Shown here one piece after another: positions 14,740 through 29,509 of a DNA stretch of 64,000 bases (the stretch's first letter is position 1; every line of letters begins with the position of its first letter). The translations under genes and the position numbers were made by a program. Below the pieces are notes generated by a model. It made no database searches. It saw nothing but the letters and a program-made list of their open reading frames with translations, and was not told where the DNA came from. This DNA is from Antedon mediterranea (Eukaryota; Animalia; Echinodermata). The stretch spans positions 15,996,001-16,060,000 of the forward strand of contig NC_092672.1 in the NCBI RefSeq assembly GCF_964355755.1. Direction: 5' to 3'.

Positions 14740-16946
14740 GGATGTTGGATGAGGTTTTAATGATTCTGCAGGGTTAGCCTTTCTAGTTTATATGCATGTA
14801 TTTGACTTGACATTCCTGGCCTATATAGAACCTCTCTAGCCCCTGCTTTGTATTTGTTCATACCAAGATGGCTATTTGAGAATTTGTTTTTACATTTCTT
14901 TTAATGTTTCACCTTTAAATAGCAATTTATGCACAACATTAATTGCTTCTCTGAATCTCCAGTATGGCTTGATCTCATTATCTATCTCTACCCTATCTTT
15001 GGGCCAGCCATTTAATGTGGTACTTTTTAGTTTCTGGAGTGTGTTGTCTTTGTCTGTTGCTTTTTTGAACTCATTTAGTTTCTCTTATTATTATTGCACT
15101 TGTACAATTTTTTTACACTCTTTATCATCAATTTCTTCATTGATGTATGCTCTAGATAGTGATCTGCTATTAGCATCTCTTTGCTTGTACCTGGTTTATG
15201 AATTACATTGATAAATTTATATATAGATATCATATTTTCGCAAAGCTAACAACAATCGTTGTATTCTTGCTGGTGCTTGTGTTATTATCTAGCGGTTTAT
15301 TTATGATCTGTTATTAAAACAACATGTTTACCATAGATAAATTTGTGAAATTTAACACATCCAAATTTAATTGCTAGCATCTATTTCTATTTAAGCATAA
15401 CTCTTTTCTGTTTAATTGAGTAAGAGATTTGGAAGCATGTGTATCATCCTGTGTTAACACTGCCCCTAGACCATCTTTACTTGCATCTACTGATATCACT
15501 ACAGGTTTTTTCACATCATAATATTTAAGTGTGGGTACTTCGGTTGTTAGATCCTTGAGCGTTTGAAATGCATCTGATTGTTTTTTCTCCCAATGCCAAT
15601 GTGTTTCATTCTGTAACATGATTCTTATTGGAGCAGAAACCTCTGATAATGAAGGAATAAATCTACCAATATACTGAATCATTCCCATCCTTTTTTCAAT
15701 TTGGGGTAGGCATTTCTGTAATGGCTTTAATTTTAGCTTTTGGCTTAATGCATTCTTCATTCAACAAATGACCTAAATATTGTATTTTGGTTTGTGCAAA
15801 TTTGCATTTTTCCTCCGCATAAGCTCAAGAACCTTGTCTAACCTTTCGGTATGCTCCTGTATATCTTTACCATATATATCATCAATATAGCATAGAGCAC
15901 CTTCTACATTTTCTATAATTTCAGACATTCGTTTATAAAACACTACTGAAGCAATAATATTGCTTCAGTAGTGTTTTATTATGTATACCAAATGGCAGTG
16001 TCATGAACTTATAACGACCAAATGGTGTGTTGAAAGTACACAAATTGAAACTACTTTTGTCCAGTGATACTTGCCAAAATCCACTGTTAGCATCAAGTGT
16101 GGTAAAATATTTAGCATATTTAACTTGCTCATTAATTCATCAAGTGTATAAAATTTGGTAATGCTCTCTTTTTATGGATTTATTTAAGCACAATCTGAGG
16201 CTACCATTTGCTTTTCAAACTATTACTAATGAATTTACCTGTAATCTGTAGATAATCAACTTGTTGGTCTATACCTTTTTCTAATAGTTCATTAAGCTGT
16301 GTTTTTAGTTTGTCTTGCATCATGAACGGTACTTTTCTTGGTGGGTGAATAACTGGCTTCGCATCCTCTTTTAATTCAGTTTTGTGCTCCTTTGCCATTT
16401 TTCCAATTCCATCAAACACTTCCTCATACTTAGTTGTGACATCTTCATTTATTTTGTTCACCAAATGTATCAGGTTCAGACAAACAGCAGATTTGCAACC
16501 AATTAGTCTTGACGTTTCTCGACAACAACAAAGTCTACTTTGTAACAACGCCTTTTGTGTGTAATTTTCAAAGTATATTTCCCCTTTACAGGAATGTTCT
16601 CCCTGATGTACGTGGATAGTTTTACAGTATGTTGCTGTCTCTAATTCTTGCATTAAAGTAGCTTGTGCACCACTGTCAATTTTTAATTGTAAAGGTTTTC
16701 TATACTTTCACATTCCAATCTTCATCACTTTCTTTATATTCTGGCTCCGTTTTATTTTCTGCTATAGTTAGAACAGTTCTGCTTCATCACTGTTAGGCTT
16801 ATACATTTGAATTCTGCTCACTGTTTTCGTTCTGCAGTATTTTGTTGCAGTTGACAAACTTTACCATATGCAGGATATCCAACATGGTTTATCATCACTG
16901 ACACTAGGCCTGTCAGTTGAACTTGTAGAATTATTTTTGGATTTAG
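14740..16946 (-). mobile_element. decayed Ty3/Gypsy internal region (gag-pol remnants)
   Basis: PAYGKVC zinc-knuckle remnant (about 16870), PVIHPPRKVP (16201-16653), RT remnants, and RNase H LKYYDVKKPVVISVDASKDGLGAVL (15374-15760). Many stops and frameshifts. Confidence 0.85.
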
Positions 16947-18139
16947 TGTAATATAGTGTTATGAGGTTTCTGACTTGTAATGAAGACTCTTACTCTCTTA
17001 AAGATGTATTGTCCCTTTGTCAAATTCCCAAAAAATAAAAATAAAAAGATTTTGAAAAAAAAGTGGGTCATTTTGAAGTATCATAATAGTTATTAACTTT
17101 CACCAAAAATTAGTCGAAAAAAAAATCATTTAACTGAAATACAGACGTTTTTTTGGTTAAAAAAATAACTGACTTCCAGTCAAAGTTTTCGATCAAAACA
17201 TATCTTATAATGCAATGCGCTTATTTTGCTACTCTGTATGCATAATCCTAAAACTTCCTCGCGATCTGTGTGAAAATACCTTCTCAACCGTGACGAGTTG
17301 TAAACAATCCTAATTAGCATCATGCATAATGTATACTCATGGTTTGAAATCTTTGTTTACTTTCGCTTGCGACTATTTTCCAGACGAAATGTAATCAAAT
17401 TAATTTAGCTGTTAATTACGTAAAATTTTTGTTTTTGGCTCGAATTTTCGACTTAAAGTGAATAACTTTAATATTACTTTGATATGGCCAATTAAAATTT
17501 AGTATATTTTGACCTTAATTTTTTTGTGTTTCAAGGGACAATACATCTTTAACTTTAGTAACACATATATTGTTTATTCAATAATACTTAATGCAATAAT
17601 ACTTCAGTACCGGTACAATATACAACTATAACTAAGGATAAGTATAAGGAACAGAGGATCAGTGATGCTGTCGGTGAGATGTGAGTGTAGGTCTGCTTCT
17701 GGAGAAGTGGCTGTGAGGTGTAGATGTTCTTCTGAAGAAGTGGCTGTGAGGTGTGTGCTCCGTGAGGTGGCTGTAAGGTGTGTCTGGGCTCTTCTGAAAC
17801 TTGGGGGTATATTGGCTTCGGTTCATTTGCATATGTCAATACGTAATTTTAGAGGTTACTGATTGGTCCTAAGTTGATCCAGGGATGTTTGAGTAGAAGT
17901 GATTAACGGTATAATAAGGTATTTCTATGATGGATGACACTGTCAAATCTGTACTTAAATAGTGTCAATCTCTCCTGGTTTAACGATGGGAAAGGTCACA
18001 AAATTAAGCGAAGTGTTTTCTTTAGGGATTCTATTATAAACTAAATGGACATTAAAACATCTGGACAAGTTCGTGAACTTATTTGAATTCTAATACAAAG
18101 GTTGATTTCTTAATTATAAAAGTATATCATTATATTACA
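16947..18139 (-). mobile_element. solo LTR (family 2) with 4-bp TSD
   Basis: TGTAATATA...TATATTACA termini, TTAG TSD on both sides. Homologous (inverted) to 33833-34477. Contains CCAAT, AATAAA and CACCTCACAGCCAC tandem repeats. Confidence 0.8.
17002..17548. mobile_element. Kolobok-type MITE nested in the solo LTR
   Basis: 16-bp TIR AGATGTATTGTCCCTT, TTAA TSD (16998-17001, 17549-17552), purine-purine 5' end. Absent from the paralogous LTR at 33833-34477. Confidence 0.8.
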
Positions 18140-18656
18140 TTAGACTCTGGTTTTCATTCCACATTCTATAGGATTTCAAAAATCGAAAAAACAAGACCCT
18201 GATTAAAAGTCCTAAATATTGTGTTGTATGGGTGTCTCAGAAACCCCATATAAACTTAACATTATTATGTTCTATAGGGAATTTCTTACTATTGTTTTCT
18301 ATAGTGGAAATCTCAAATGGAACTATAGGGCAGTTTCTTGTTTTGAAACACCCACTAAAACTTCTCAAAATTGTGTTTTATAGGAGGTTTCTGTTTTTGA
18401 GATTTCTTAAAAACAAAAGACTGCCCATAGAATACAATATTAAGAAATTTTAATAAGATCTGTTTTCAACAATCAACAATCTCTAAAAAAGAAATTCGAC
18501 TAAAACTTCTCAATATTGTATTTGAGAGTAAGGAAACCCCTCCCGCCATTTCTCAATTGTGTTTATAGTGGGTTCTCCTTTTTTTAAATCTCAAAAACAT
18601 GATGAAGTTCATATTTTGAACTTTTAATTAACACTTTACAATGTTGTGTTCTATTA

Positions 18657-18880
18657 TAGTCCAGTAAAGATAAGTAAAAAATAGGATGAACCTAGAACAA
18701 ATGCAACAGATTTTGGTTTTTGTTTTGTCTGGTTAATATGGTCCAAATGAACATCATATCCAAAGTTAACCAAAATTGGACATTGGGAAGTGGGTTAAGC
18801 ATAAATTACAACATGCCCTCCATTTGCTATTTTGAAGCCCCATATCTCCTTAACGGTTGGATTTAGACCACCTAAGAAAT
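18657..18880. mobile_element. truncated arm of Academ-like MITE
   Basis: Starts TAGTCCAGTAAA and matches the arms of 63002-63843. Confidence 0.6.
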
Positions 18881-19007
18881 TTGTCCCAGTTCACCATGTT
18901 TTTAGGTAGATTCAGTAGCCTAAGTTTTAATAAGGATATTTATTTATGCCAATTGTATTGTTATTTTATTAATTCATTTATTATATTGTTACTTTTGCTT
19001 TCTGTAG

Positions 19008-19166
19008 GGTGGAGTTATACTTGTATCTCACGATGAATCTTTAATTCAACTTGTTTGCAGAGAGTTGTGGGTATGTGGCAAAGGTACAGTAAAGGCCATG
19101 GAAGGTGGTCTTGATGAGTACAAATCAATACTGAGAATGGAATTTGAAGCTCAATACAACAGCTAA
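19008..19166 (+). CDS. ABCF3: ABCF3 terminal coding exon
   Basis: ttttgctttctgtag acceptor. Phase-0 frame GGVILVSHDESLIQLVCRELWVCGKGTVKAMEGGLDEYKSILRMEFEAQYNS* contains the H-loop VSHD and closely matches the remembered ABCF3 C-terminus (GGVILVSHDERFIRLVCRELWVC). Not in the ORF track. Confidence 0.93.
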   Translation, partial: GGVILVSHDESLIQLVCRELWVCGKGTVKAMEGGLDEYKSILRMEFEAQYNS

Positions 19167-19419
19167 AATCTAAATACCATGTGCATATTTACGATTTAAA
19201 AATTTAACTTTATTTACTAATCCATACCAAAATAGATTTGGGTTTAAACATTTTGTTTGTTTATGGTGTATACAATGCTACTACTGTATCTGTATAAATT
19301 GGATCAGGGAAGAGTAAAATGTACTCTGATTGTTTGTATACTTTGTTGGCCTACTGTACATTAGGGATTTTTATTAATACTTTATTAACAATGTATACAG
19401 TGTCATTTTAAATAAGGAA

Positions 19420-19425
19420 AATAAA
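19420..19425 (+). promoter_or_regulatory. candidate ABCF3 polyadenylation signal
   Basis: AATAAA about 250 nt after the ABCF3 stop, followed by TG-rich sequence. Confidence 0.4.
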
Positions 19426-19559
19426 ATAGTAATACTGGAACAATAATTGGGTGATAATTGTATTCTGTCAATAATCAGCACACACAGTGTACACTGAACC
19501 ATTTAGTGCAGAAGCCAAATGCCAATTTTTTTCACAAACAAGACATTTTTTCTCTCTAT

Positions 19560-19980
19560 GATCAGAGGTGAAAGATTTATCTAATGGTGTGAAATTATGA
19601 TGATCAGTAAATACTAGGTTCCGAAAACACCCATGAAGATATGGACGTGGCACAACCCAGATTTAACGTAGAATTAAATTTTGTTTATTAAAGTTGATAA
19701 AAGATTCCGTAACGCTATAACCACCTGCAGAACATGCCCAGGAGCACAGTGTAGAAGTGATCATAATCCTGTGGTGGCTAAAATTAGAGTAAACGTTAAG
19801 ACAAATTACAAATACAACAACTAAAAGAAAATCAAGTCGAGGAAAACGTATGGGGAAGTGGAGGAGGAGATGGGAGCAAATTTGAGTTATTGTAATGGAA
19901 GCCACAGAAATATATATACCTAAAATATGAAGAGAGAAAGCAAACGATAGATGACTAAAAATATATTTATTTTGCATTAA
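19560..19980 (+). mobile_element. decayed LINE APE-endonuclease fragment (RTE-like)
   Basis: VDKRFRNAITTCRTCPGAQCRSDHNPVVAKIRV: SDH catalytic motif at the end of a LINE endonuclease. Confidence 0.6.
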
Positions 19981-21209
19981 ATTTAGTTTGTGACTTTAAA
20001 TTAGATCTAATAAGGCCATATACATGACTGCAGTCACGTGCTCAAGTTAGTGTTGACCGACCAACCGACCGACAGCTGTAGAGTCGCATTGCACAAGTAA
20101 AGGCGCAGGATTGGCTGTTTTGGGTTTGTATCTCCTTTTTTCTGTGTTAAGACATACAGATTTGTTGGCTATTTTGTTGCTATGACCATGCTAGTTGTGC
20201 CATTATTGGTCAAATAGACCAATAATAATAATAATAATAATGGGTCTTAGCTTTCGTGATCTTAGGTCTTAGGGGGTCTTAGCTTTCGTGGTCTTAGGTT
20301 TCGTGACACCCCTGCCTTGGCCCTGGCAGACCCCTCTAAAGTTAGACTAGAGACCCCCCTTTCCCCAACTATCCCAGCTTAGATATTGTAGATACCGCCA
20401 GCAACCAATGTTGTATGATTTAGCACATTGTAAACAATACCAAATGACCTACAGACTATCTGTACACTGCTTTGGCCCTGGCATATACCCCTCTAAAGTT
20501 AGACTAGAGACCCCATTTACCCCAAGTATAGCCTACCTTAGATATTGTAGATACCACCAGCAGCAAAAAAAACCACCCAAAACAACATGTTTAATTGAAT
20601 AAAGTTTAACTTTAATCGAACTGAAAATATATCACATCAATGACGATAAAATGACCATTACCATTCTAAAGGGAAAAATAGTTTAAGAGTTTCATTTAAA
20701 ACTTATATAAGCCAAATATATATAACAAGTACGGATTTGGGTAAATTTAGCATTCCTAGCCTTTGCAAGTCAAAGATACATTCGTCTGTAACTCTTGGAC
20801 CTACTTTAAGAGAAAGCTTAGTAATCACCTTAGGCCTAATCAAATTCAGGATTGTAGTAACTTAATCTAAAGTGATTTTATTAATTAATAGTGGGTAATT
20901 TTAAATGCTGTATATTATAATCTTAATCCTGTATTCATATTTATATATATATATTTATATAGATGCGTGGAGGCTGCAAAAGTGCTCAATTGGAATCGAG
21001 AGCGAATATTTAAGATGGAACACGGACGTCTATTACACTGTGTTTCACGTTAAACGATCTTATAAGACTGAACAATACCGTATATATATCGATCGAAAAA
21101 AATATTTAAAAAAAATTATATATATTATATATATATATTTTTTTTTATGTAGTTTATTTATGTATATATGTAGTACTGTATCTATTAAAAAAGATACTAA
21201 AAAAGAACA

Positions 21210-23470
21210 AAATTAGTATAATCTTTTACAAAATTGCTTGTCAACTCAATGAGATCCAAATTGGCAATTGCCGCAAAATCCTCACTGAGTTTGACGTTGA
21301 AATTCACTCTAGAACTAAGAAGTTAAAAAGAGAACTTCCTGCATCCGAGTTTCAAAACAAACTCAGGATTATTGCCAATGACTGCCGTAAGCAATCAACG
21401 GTAATGGCCTGAAAGGGACATCACAAATTTGGTCTACAAATGACTCTACCTTCGGATTACTTCAGGGCTTTTAGGAAACCCTGCAGAAGGTTCGTTGGGA
21501 TTTATACAAGAATCAGGGCAACACCTCTGATTCAGTTGTTAAAATTAATTGTCGACTTTCTAAAGGAGAGAAAAAACGTCTTTCCCGAGGACCAAGGCAG
21601 GGCAGGTCGGCGCACAACAACTATCTTTGGATATAGAGTCTTTCTCCAGAAGATTACGATTACGTGAATATTTTGCTGATTCAGACAGCAGCACCACCAC
21701 GCAAAACGAAGGCAACGTTAGTTCCTGGAATCCACCTAAAAATCGTTGTCCAGCTTTAGAAACATTTATCCAGGCTATTGAGGAGGATGTACAAAACTAC
21801 GTCCCGAGTTCAGATAAACGTGACAATCTCTCAAAACAAGAGAGGCAGGCCATTGCCAAGTTGCGTCAGCGTAATGATATCATCATTAAACCCGCTGATA
21901 AAGGTTCTGCCATTGTTGCTATGGACATCAAATTTTATGAAGAGGAATACTTAAGACAGCTAAACAATCCTCTTCATTATATATCGTAAACGGATCCCAC
22001 CCCGGAAATTGCGGATAAGGTGGCCAAATTTGTTTCTGTGATGGTAAAAAAACACTCCATCGATCCTAAGATTGGACTTCATTTGGCACAGGTCAATCCA
22101 GTTCCAGGCAGATTTTATTTCCTACCTAAAATCCACAAAACAGGTAATCCTGGTAGACCCATTATTTGGGGCAATGGCACTGCTACAGAGAAAATTTCTG
22201 AATATGGGGATGATTTACTTAGACCATATGTGACTAATCTCCCTTCATACATTCAGGATTCCGCGGACTTTATCCGCAAAATTAACCAAATTCAAAATTA
22301 ACATAATAATTCTGTTCTGGCTACATTAGATGTTTCATCGTTGTATACTAATATCCCTCACGAAGAAGGAGCCGACGCATGTATTTTAAATTACAAACAA
22401 ATTACAGGCAAAACGCCTACTAAATCTCATTTATGAGAACTGGTCATGTTGATTTTAACCAACAACAATTTTATTTTTTGGAAATGACCATTACCTTCAA
22501 ATTCATGGCACAGCGATGGGCACAAAAATGGCGCCATCTTTTGCAAATTTATTTATGGGACAATTTGAGGCCAAATGTCCCTCCAACCTAATAAACCACT
22601 TTTTTGGTTTTATTTATTTATTCAAGATCCAACAGTGTAAAGAAAAAACAGGATCGCCATAAATAAAACATATATAGATACATTGACGACATCTTCATGA
22701 TCTGGACCCATGGTGAAGATAATTTGAAATTTTTTTTTCTTCTCAATATTAATTCAGCCCCCACCCAACTATCAAATTTACAGCTACCAAATCCACTAGT
22801 AGCGTTGATTTTTTTATCCGTAAACCCACGGATAAAAATATGTACCTGCTCCCTAGCAGTTGTCATCCCCAACACTGTACTAAAAACATACCGAACTGTA
22901 AAGCATTACGTATCAGACATATCTGTTCTTCAGATTTAGATTTTCAGAATCGTACCGAAGAACTAACCGGACATCTCCGGAATAGAAATTACAAGAAGGA
23001 ATACATCGAAACTGCTATAAAGAAAGCAAAAAGGTATTCCTCGATGTCAAACACTGACGTACAAACTACGTCAGCCAAGTTCGACCAGAGTGCCATTGGT
23101 CACAACCTATCGCCCTAGGTTGCCTCCATTACGGGCTATTAATTTATTGAGAAACATATGCCCATTCTACAGTCCACAGAACGTCTCAGAACTGTTTTTC
23201 CGGAACCACCCATTATTGCATTTCGTATACCTCCCAACCTTCGTGATATATTAGTCAGATCCAAATTTAATTGAAATCTCATATTCTAAAGAAACAGTTC
23301 ATTGATATTAAGTTATGTTTACACTATCAAACTAGTTTGACCAAATAAAAGTCCCCTTTTTTAGGCAAATCTTGCAAAACTTGTTCATTGGTTGATTCTA
23401 ATGAAAAATTTAAGAGTAACCAAACTGGCCGCATTTTTCGGATAAGACAATCAATTGTTTAACCAAAAAC
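21210..23470 (+). mobile_element. decayed Penelope-like element (Neptune-type RT)
   Basis: [94 protein letters not shown] and CKTC motifs, spread across frameshifted frames. Confidence 0.88.
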
Positions 23471-23471
23471 G

Positions 23472-23660
23472 TCAGTAGAAGTAATACTAATTTGCTTTCT
23501 GTTCAGACTTCGAGGCTACCTAGGAGGCCTAATTAGTATAAATATTTAAGTCTTTCTAGCCTAGGCCTAGGCTAGTCCTGTTAGTTAGGCTACCTCTATA
23601 GGCCTACTAGCCTAGGCCTAGTCCATTTGTTATTGTCCACTAATAATAATGAAATGTGAA
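23472..23660 (-). repeat. inverted copy of the repeat at 28637-28882
   Basis: Reverse-complement match including ttcgaggctacc, ttagtata and tccatttgttattgtccact. Confidence 0.7.
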
Positions 23661-25471
23661 ATTTATTCAGCAACAAATAATTTAATTTGAACTTCATTTT
23701 AGGTTTGATAGTACGGACAGACATTACGTAACTTATTGCAAGTTTAAATAAATCACCAAACGAACCCACACGTTCTTTTACAAAAATAAAAAATACCCCA
23801 TAATACTCTAATAATATTGATAAAGTTTTATTTTTTTAAGATAATGAAATGTAAACTGTTATTTTTATAAATGCATTGGTGTTTCAATGTATTGTTGTAT
23901 TTTTTTTTCTTTGGACTTATTTTGTTTTGTTAACAGTAATAATAAAAATCAATTTAATATTGAAAAAGACATAACAGTTCAGCACTTCATTTCGTCATTT
24001 TAGGTCCTCCCCTATTTCAAAATTCTGGATCCACATAGCTCAATGACAAACCATCCCAGTCTAAAGTGGATCAACAGCAGCACATCTCATCCATTTATTA
24101 TATTGTTTAATTAAATGAATCAATTTTAATGTTTAATACTAATAAGAAATACGACAATAAATCAAGTTTACATACACGCAGTGTACAATCAACACCTTTG
24201 TTCTGTATTCAGAACAGTTTATTCAAAATCTAAATCACATTTAAAAAGTACTGAATTATATTATTTTTAAAAGTGTAAAAACATGGTTAAACTACAATTT
24301 AAAAAATAGCAAGGATAAATAAAATGCACCATAATGATTACGTTTATTACTATAATTATTGATCGATGATTATGATCAAAAATAATATGTTGAAGTGATG
24401 TACTTTTTCATTTCAGCAGCATACTGTATATGAGCAGAATATCAAACATCTGTATGCCTATAATAAAAAAAAAGTATTGTATAATGCAAGAAACTTCAAT
24501 CTTAGTAATGCTGAGACAAATTTTCATGTTGTATGGTGGGAAACAGTTATGTTTAAATATTTTATTGCATTTAAAAAAAAGATATGTAGGATTGTTTTAC
24601 TAAATTTAAGTTTATACCAGTTGTTAGAGTCAATTATTACCATACTCACTATATGAAAACTGATATTAAATGTTTTAAAGACAAATGCTTTATTGAATGA
24701 ATGCTTTAATAATATAACATTCAATTATATTTTGAAATATTGTCTGCATGAATTTGTTAGTGGATTTATCTATTCTTTGTACTGTGATTGTAATGTTTAT
24801 AATGAATGGAAATAAAAAAAAAATATCTACTTTTAATTTCTTAGCAATTCAAATGAATAGAATATTTCAAATCAGAATGTTAAAAATTAATTTTCATGTA
24901 TTGTCAGTTTTTCTACTACGGTACTGATAAAATTCAGTTTGTCTCTCTGAAAATGTTTGACTAAATTGTATCCTTCTTTTCCGAAGATTACTTTTGCAAA
25001 CAAATACTTTTTCTAAATAGGCTTCTTCTTGGGATTTTACAGTATCTTGGTCATATTGAAAAATGTCCTAAAAGATGTAGGCCTAGTGGGTTGTATGTAA
25101 AGTATTTTTGTTCAATTGTAGGTTGGGCCTATCTGTTACTTACCCTAGTTAATAGAAATGTCCATGCTACTGTACTATAACATTGATCAGAAGATACACT
25201 GTACACAATCTTTGATACATTCAAAAAATATGGGAAAAATTGAGATTTAAATAGATGACATAATTAATAACATACAGTAACAATAGCTCTGGCTCTACTA
25301 TACTGCCAACCTACTAACTGTCCGAACTGTCTGGATAAGACTCATTCATTCAAAAAATAATTAAAAAAAACAAAAAGGTCAATCTAGCAATCTAGATGTC
25401 TGTGATTTGAAGACAAACTACCAATATAGGTCTAGTAGACTAGGCTAGTAGTAGCTGATTTCAGTCTTTAA

Positions 25472-27048
25472 AGGGGGGTTCCGGGTTTAAAATGAATAGT
25501 AAAAAATGTAAAATATATTTGTTTGTCTCTTGAACGGTAAAAGTTTCAATTTATATAAGCGCCCAGTGAAGCAGAACGAAGGCTGTGAAATCAGGCCAGA
25601 TTACAAGTGCAGCTACGGCAAAATCACACTGTGGTTACAAAATAGGAAATTTGTGAAATGGTCCATCTTTCGACGACTCGTTATCAAAAACCATATCAAT
25701 TACTTTTGTAAAATTATACTTATCTGATGTAATTTTAGTCGGTCTTCCCATTTATAAAGTCAATTTTTTATGAAAATTCATCAAAACAGTGAAAAATTAG
25801 ATATGTTTGCACTTTACGTTTGCCGATTTTCGCACCGACTTAGGGAAAAATCAAAATCAATGAAGCGTAACGTATACTGTACATTCCTGCTGAGGAGGAT
25901 CGAGCGAGACGAAAATACACGTGCTCTCTCTGCTGCCCATGCCTGGCATCGTCACGTGATAAGCAGATACAACAATACCAAACTGGTCGGGTCGAGTATA
26001 CCCCGTCTATAATCACAACATGAACGATGTACAGTATTTGATTGAAGGTCGACTTGACCTACCGGATTGGTATAGATAATATAGCTCGAATGAGAGAGTT
26101 GGAATATTTGTGTAGTGCAGCCTATAGTAAAAGGCCTGGTAGTATCAATTCGCATAGGGTCTACTACACTAGCTAGCTCAATTTTTAACTGGGCCGGATC
26201 GGCTAGGTCTCCTTCCTACTACCTGGTCTACTTGCTTGATGCATGAGTATCCGCTTTTTTGGAGAGTAAACTAAGCCTATTTTATTTTAGGCCTACTTAG
26301 ACGATCGGGACACCATACGTACGTGTGGACGGCGATCGGGCCTTGTTTTGCTTCAATATTTACAGCCGATTTTGTAGAACGTTTTAGGTTTAGATTGTTT
26401 AGGAGTTTGGTTGATAGGATGGGTTTTGTTATTTATGGGCCAATCGTCTAGTAGTAGGCTAGCTAGGCCCATGGGCCCCATTGTTTTAACGTAGCCATCG
26501 TGGCATGGAATCCCTAGTCAGAATGGCTCTCGCCCATATTATTATTAGGCTAGGCCTAGAGTAGTATTGTACGTGAAGCCGATAATACGATCTGTACTAT
26601 AGCGGTATAAAAATAGTATAATTTATTCCGTATCTGTACTAAATTTTGTATTTCATTAAATGTCAAATAAATATATGCTACTACTGTTATTATTACACTT
26701 TAGGCCTAGCTTAGAAAATCTACAAAAAATGTATTTCACAATGATCGGGTGGTCGTCGTTTGACAGGGGAGAGAGATGTAAATTAGTTGACAAACACAAC
26801 GTACATGACGTCGCGAGTTTGGAATCCACTGGTGACGTGATTTTGTGAATATCTCATGAATATTAATGAGCTTCCCTAATCTGCTGAAAAACAGACTTTC
26901 CATGAATTTACCCTAAAATGTATATGAAATTTAATTTTTTTAATTTCTCGTTATTACTTCTTCATTCTGACATGTCTATATTGTTATAATATTTTTTATT
27001 TAATAAATAAACGATATTTAAAACCAATTTTAAACCCAGAATCCCCCT
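25472..27048. mobile_element. Kolobok-type non-autonomous element
   Basis: 22-bp TIR with 20/22 match (AGGGGGGTTCCGGGTTTAAAAT), TTAA TSD at both ends. Confidence 0.8.
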
Positions 27049-27268
27049 TTAAAGTATAGTAGTGGGCGGTGGTGGCAGTGGTATTAGTAAAAGACTGTAT
27101 AGTGACTAGTCCGCCAGACCTGACCTGCAGTTAGGCAGTATAGTTACGAGTAGTCTGTAAAATATTCATATTAAAATAATAAAAAAACAGATAATGAGGA
27201 TAGGCCTAGTTGTTTGTAGTAGGAAACCTATCTACCTAATATGAGCCCATGTCATTTTTACTCCTACT

Positions 27269-28580
27269 CAGGGGCGCAGCCAGTGGGGGGGTCACGGGGG
27301 TCCTGACCCCCCCTTTTTTTTTGAAAAAATAAATAAAAACATGAGACAACAATACAGATCAAATCATCCTGGAGATACTGTGGAAGATTACTACCGAGCA
27401 GTATTACCAAATCAACTTCTTGATTACAAACCGAGTTAAAAACCCGTTTTTCTGCCGATAACAGGCCATGCTTTAAAATATTTGGCGTAGCACCCGAGTC
27501 TATAGTGAAGTGTAATGTTGAAGAAGTCTTCAAGGAACTTGAATTTGGTACGATGATCTGCCAAGACACGAACATCTTCATTCCGAGCTTCAGTGATGGA
27601 AGCGACTGTGTAAAATTAGCGGATCCAATTGTGTTCCCGAATGTGCGTGCACTTCTTCTAATCGCGTAGGCCTATGCCCGTAACGTCTGCTGAAGCTGAG
27701 CGGAGTTTTTCGACTTTATGGAGAACGAAAACCTGTTTGGGAAATCACATGTCTTATGAGCAGCTTTCGGGATTGTGCCTCATGAACATACACTTTAACA
27801 TGAACATTAATACAGAGAATGTCATTCGCGAATTCTGTCTCCAAGCCAAGAAGAATGTTCCAAACTTATGTTTAAAGATGCATCACGCGATGTCAAGAGC
27901 GCCGTTATAGTAACTAACGTAAAATGTATGATAATAATTTAGAAGTTAGTTATTACAATTATGTATAAGCTATCACCTATACTATACATTCGAACAAAAT
28001 AGGTATATTTTTAAACAAAATATTGTATGTACTGGGTATGATAAGCGTCTCACATACACACGGAGCCAAGATAGCTTCTTGGACTTGCACAGTGTATGAA
28101 CTCTAACCTTACGGTTCTCATTTAATAATATCACTCCCTCCATGCTATCATTCTAATTTCTTTTTTAAAACTTTTGCATCTCTACGTTCATTTCATGCAA
28201 CTTTTGTATTGGTGAAAAGGGAGGAATTCAAATAAGTTTACAGCCTCTCTACACAAATCAACAAACAAGCAAGAAAAAAAGTGTTTGTCTGTGGCAGCCT
28301 GGAATATAAAAATGTTCTGTAATGAAAATGAGAGTTGTTTTTTGTTTTCTTTGTTTCAGTTTATTAGTGTTAACATTGTCATATTTGTGTGTGCGTAAAC
28401 CGATTCAAATGATCTAGATTGCCCTAGACCGCCAAAGCTTCCAGGGGGCTTCGCCCCCTGGACCCCAACCGGGGGCCCTTGGCGGCCCCCTGGCCCCCAG
28501 CCCATGGTTGCTCGCTTCGCTCGCAAAATACTCACATATTGGTTGACCCCCCCTTTAATTCTTTGCTGGCTGCGCCCCTG
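27269..28580 (+). mobile_element. internally deleted hAT transposon retaining the hATC dimerisation region
   Basis: 15-bp TIR CAGGGGCGCAGCCAG. ORF 27674-27910 PVTSAEAERSFSTL..LSGLCLMNIH is the hAT C-terminal motif. Only TACT is shared between the flanks. Confidence 0.85.
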
Positions 28581-29438
28581 TACTGTAGCAGGGAGGTACC
28601 CCCTGCTGTAAGGTAGGCCTAGAAAAAAAAAGCTCACATTTCATTAGTAATAGTGGACAATAACAAATGGACTCCAGCTAGGCCTAAGCTAGTAGTAGTA
28701 CTATCTATGCCTGAGGTAGCCTAACTCTAAAACAGGACTAGCCTAGGCCTAGGCCCTAGCGGCTAGAGAGACTTAAATAATTATACTAATTAGGCCTCCT
28801 ACTAGCTAGGCCTACAGTAGGTAGCCTCGAAGTTTGAAGAGAAAGCAAATTAGTATTAACTAATAATACTATTACTTCTACTCGCGAAATAAACTACGTA
28901 CGTACGTACGATCGAGTACGCCAACAAAATCACCTATTATGGACAACACAATGGATGGCGCACGGCGCACTACTCCAATAAACTCGCCTATTGTGGTGGA
29001 CAAAAAGTCGCCTATTTTGGACGGTGACTACTTCTTCGCATGCAGCTAAAGTAAAATGACGTCACGTTAAAGTGGGTCGTCATGCATATTTAATGAAGCA
29101 AACTTGCTGAGCGTGTTTTCCACCACGCGCGACGCGAGATTTATCGAAACTCCTGATCGACTGACGATCATATTTTTAACAATTAAAATCACGGCGTATA
29201 TAATTATAATATAATTGTTTTCACTGCTGAGGATAATAAATAATATATTTAATTTTAACATAACAGGAAAGCCTAGATACTTCCAGTGCGAATAAAAAAT
29301 AATAACAATAATGTACAGTATTACTATTAGTACATTATGTATTTTCAGATGTTGCAAGACATGAGATCCGAAATAGGCTAGGCCTAGTGGTAGCGCAGTG
29401 CATACCTCTAGGAAGGGTGGGTGGGAAGTGTAGTTAGC

Positions 29439-29499
29439 CGTGGCATCGTGCAGATGTACACTAACCCAGCATTATGCTGGGTTAGTGTACATCTGCACG
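29439..29499. repeat. palindromic mini-element, right arm duplicated and interrupted by a MITE
   Basis: CGTGCAGATGTACACTAACCCAGCA..TGCTGGGTTAGTGTACATCTGCACG. The arm resumes at 30996-31021. Confidence 0.7.
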
Positions 29500-29509
29500 T
29501 GCTGGGTAA

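Noticed and set aside
17588-17862. Repetitive ORFs (HTSQPLLQK), also at 34152-34399
   Set aside because: Translations of tandem repeats inside a solo LTR.
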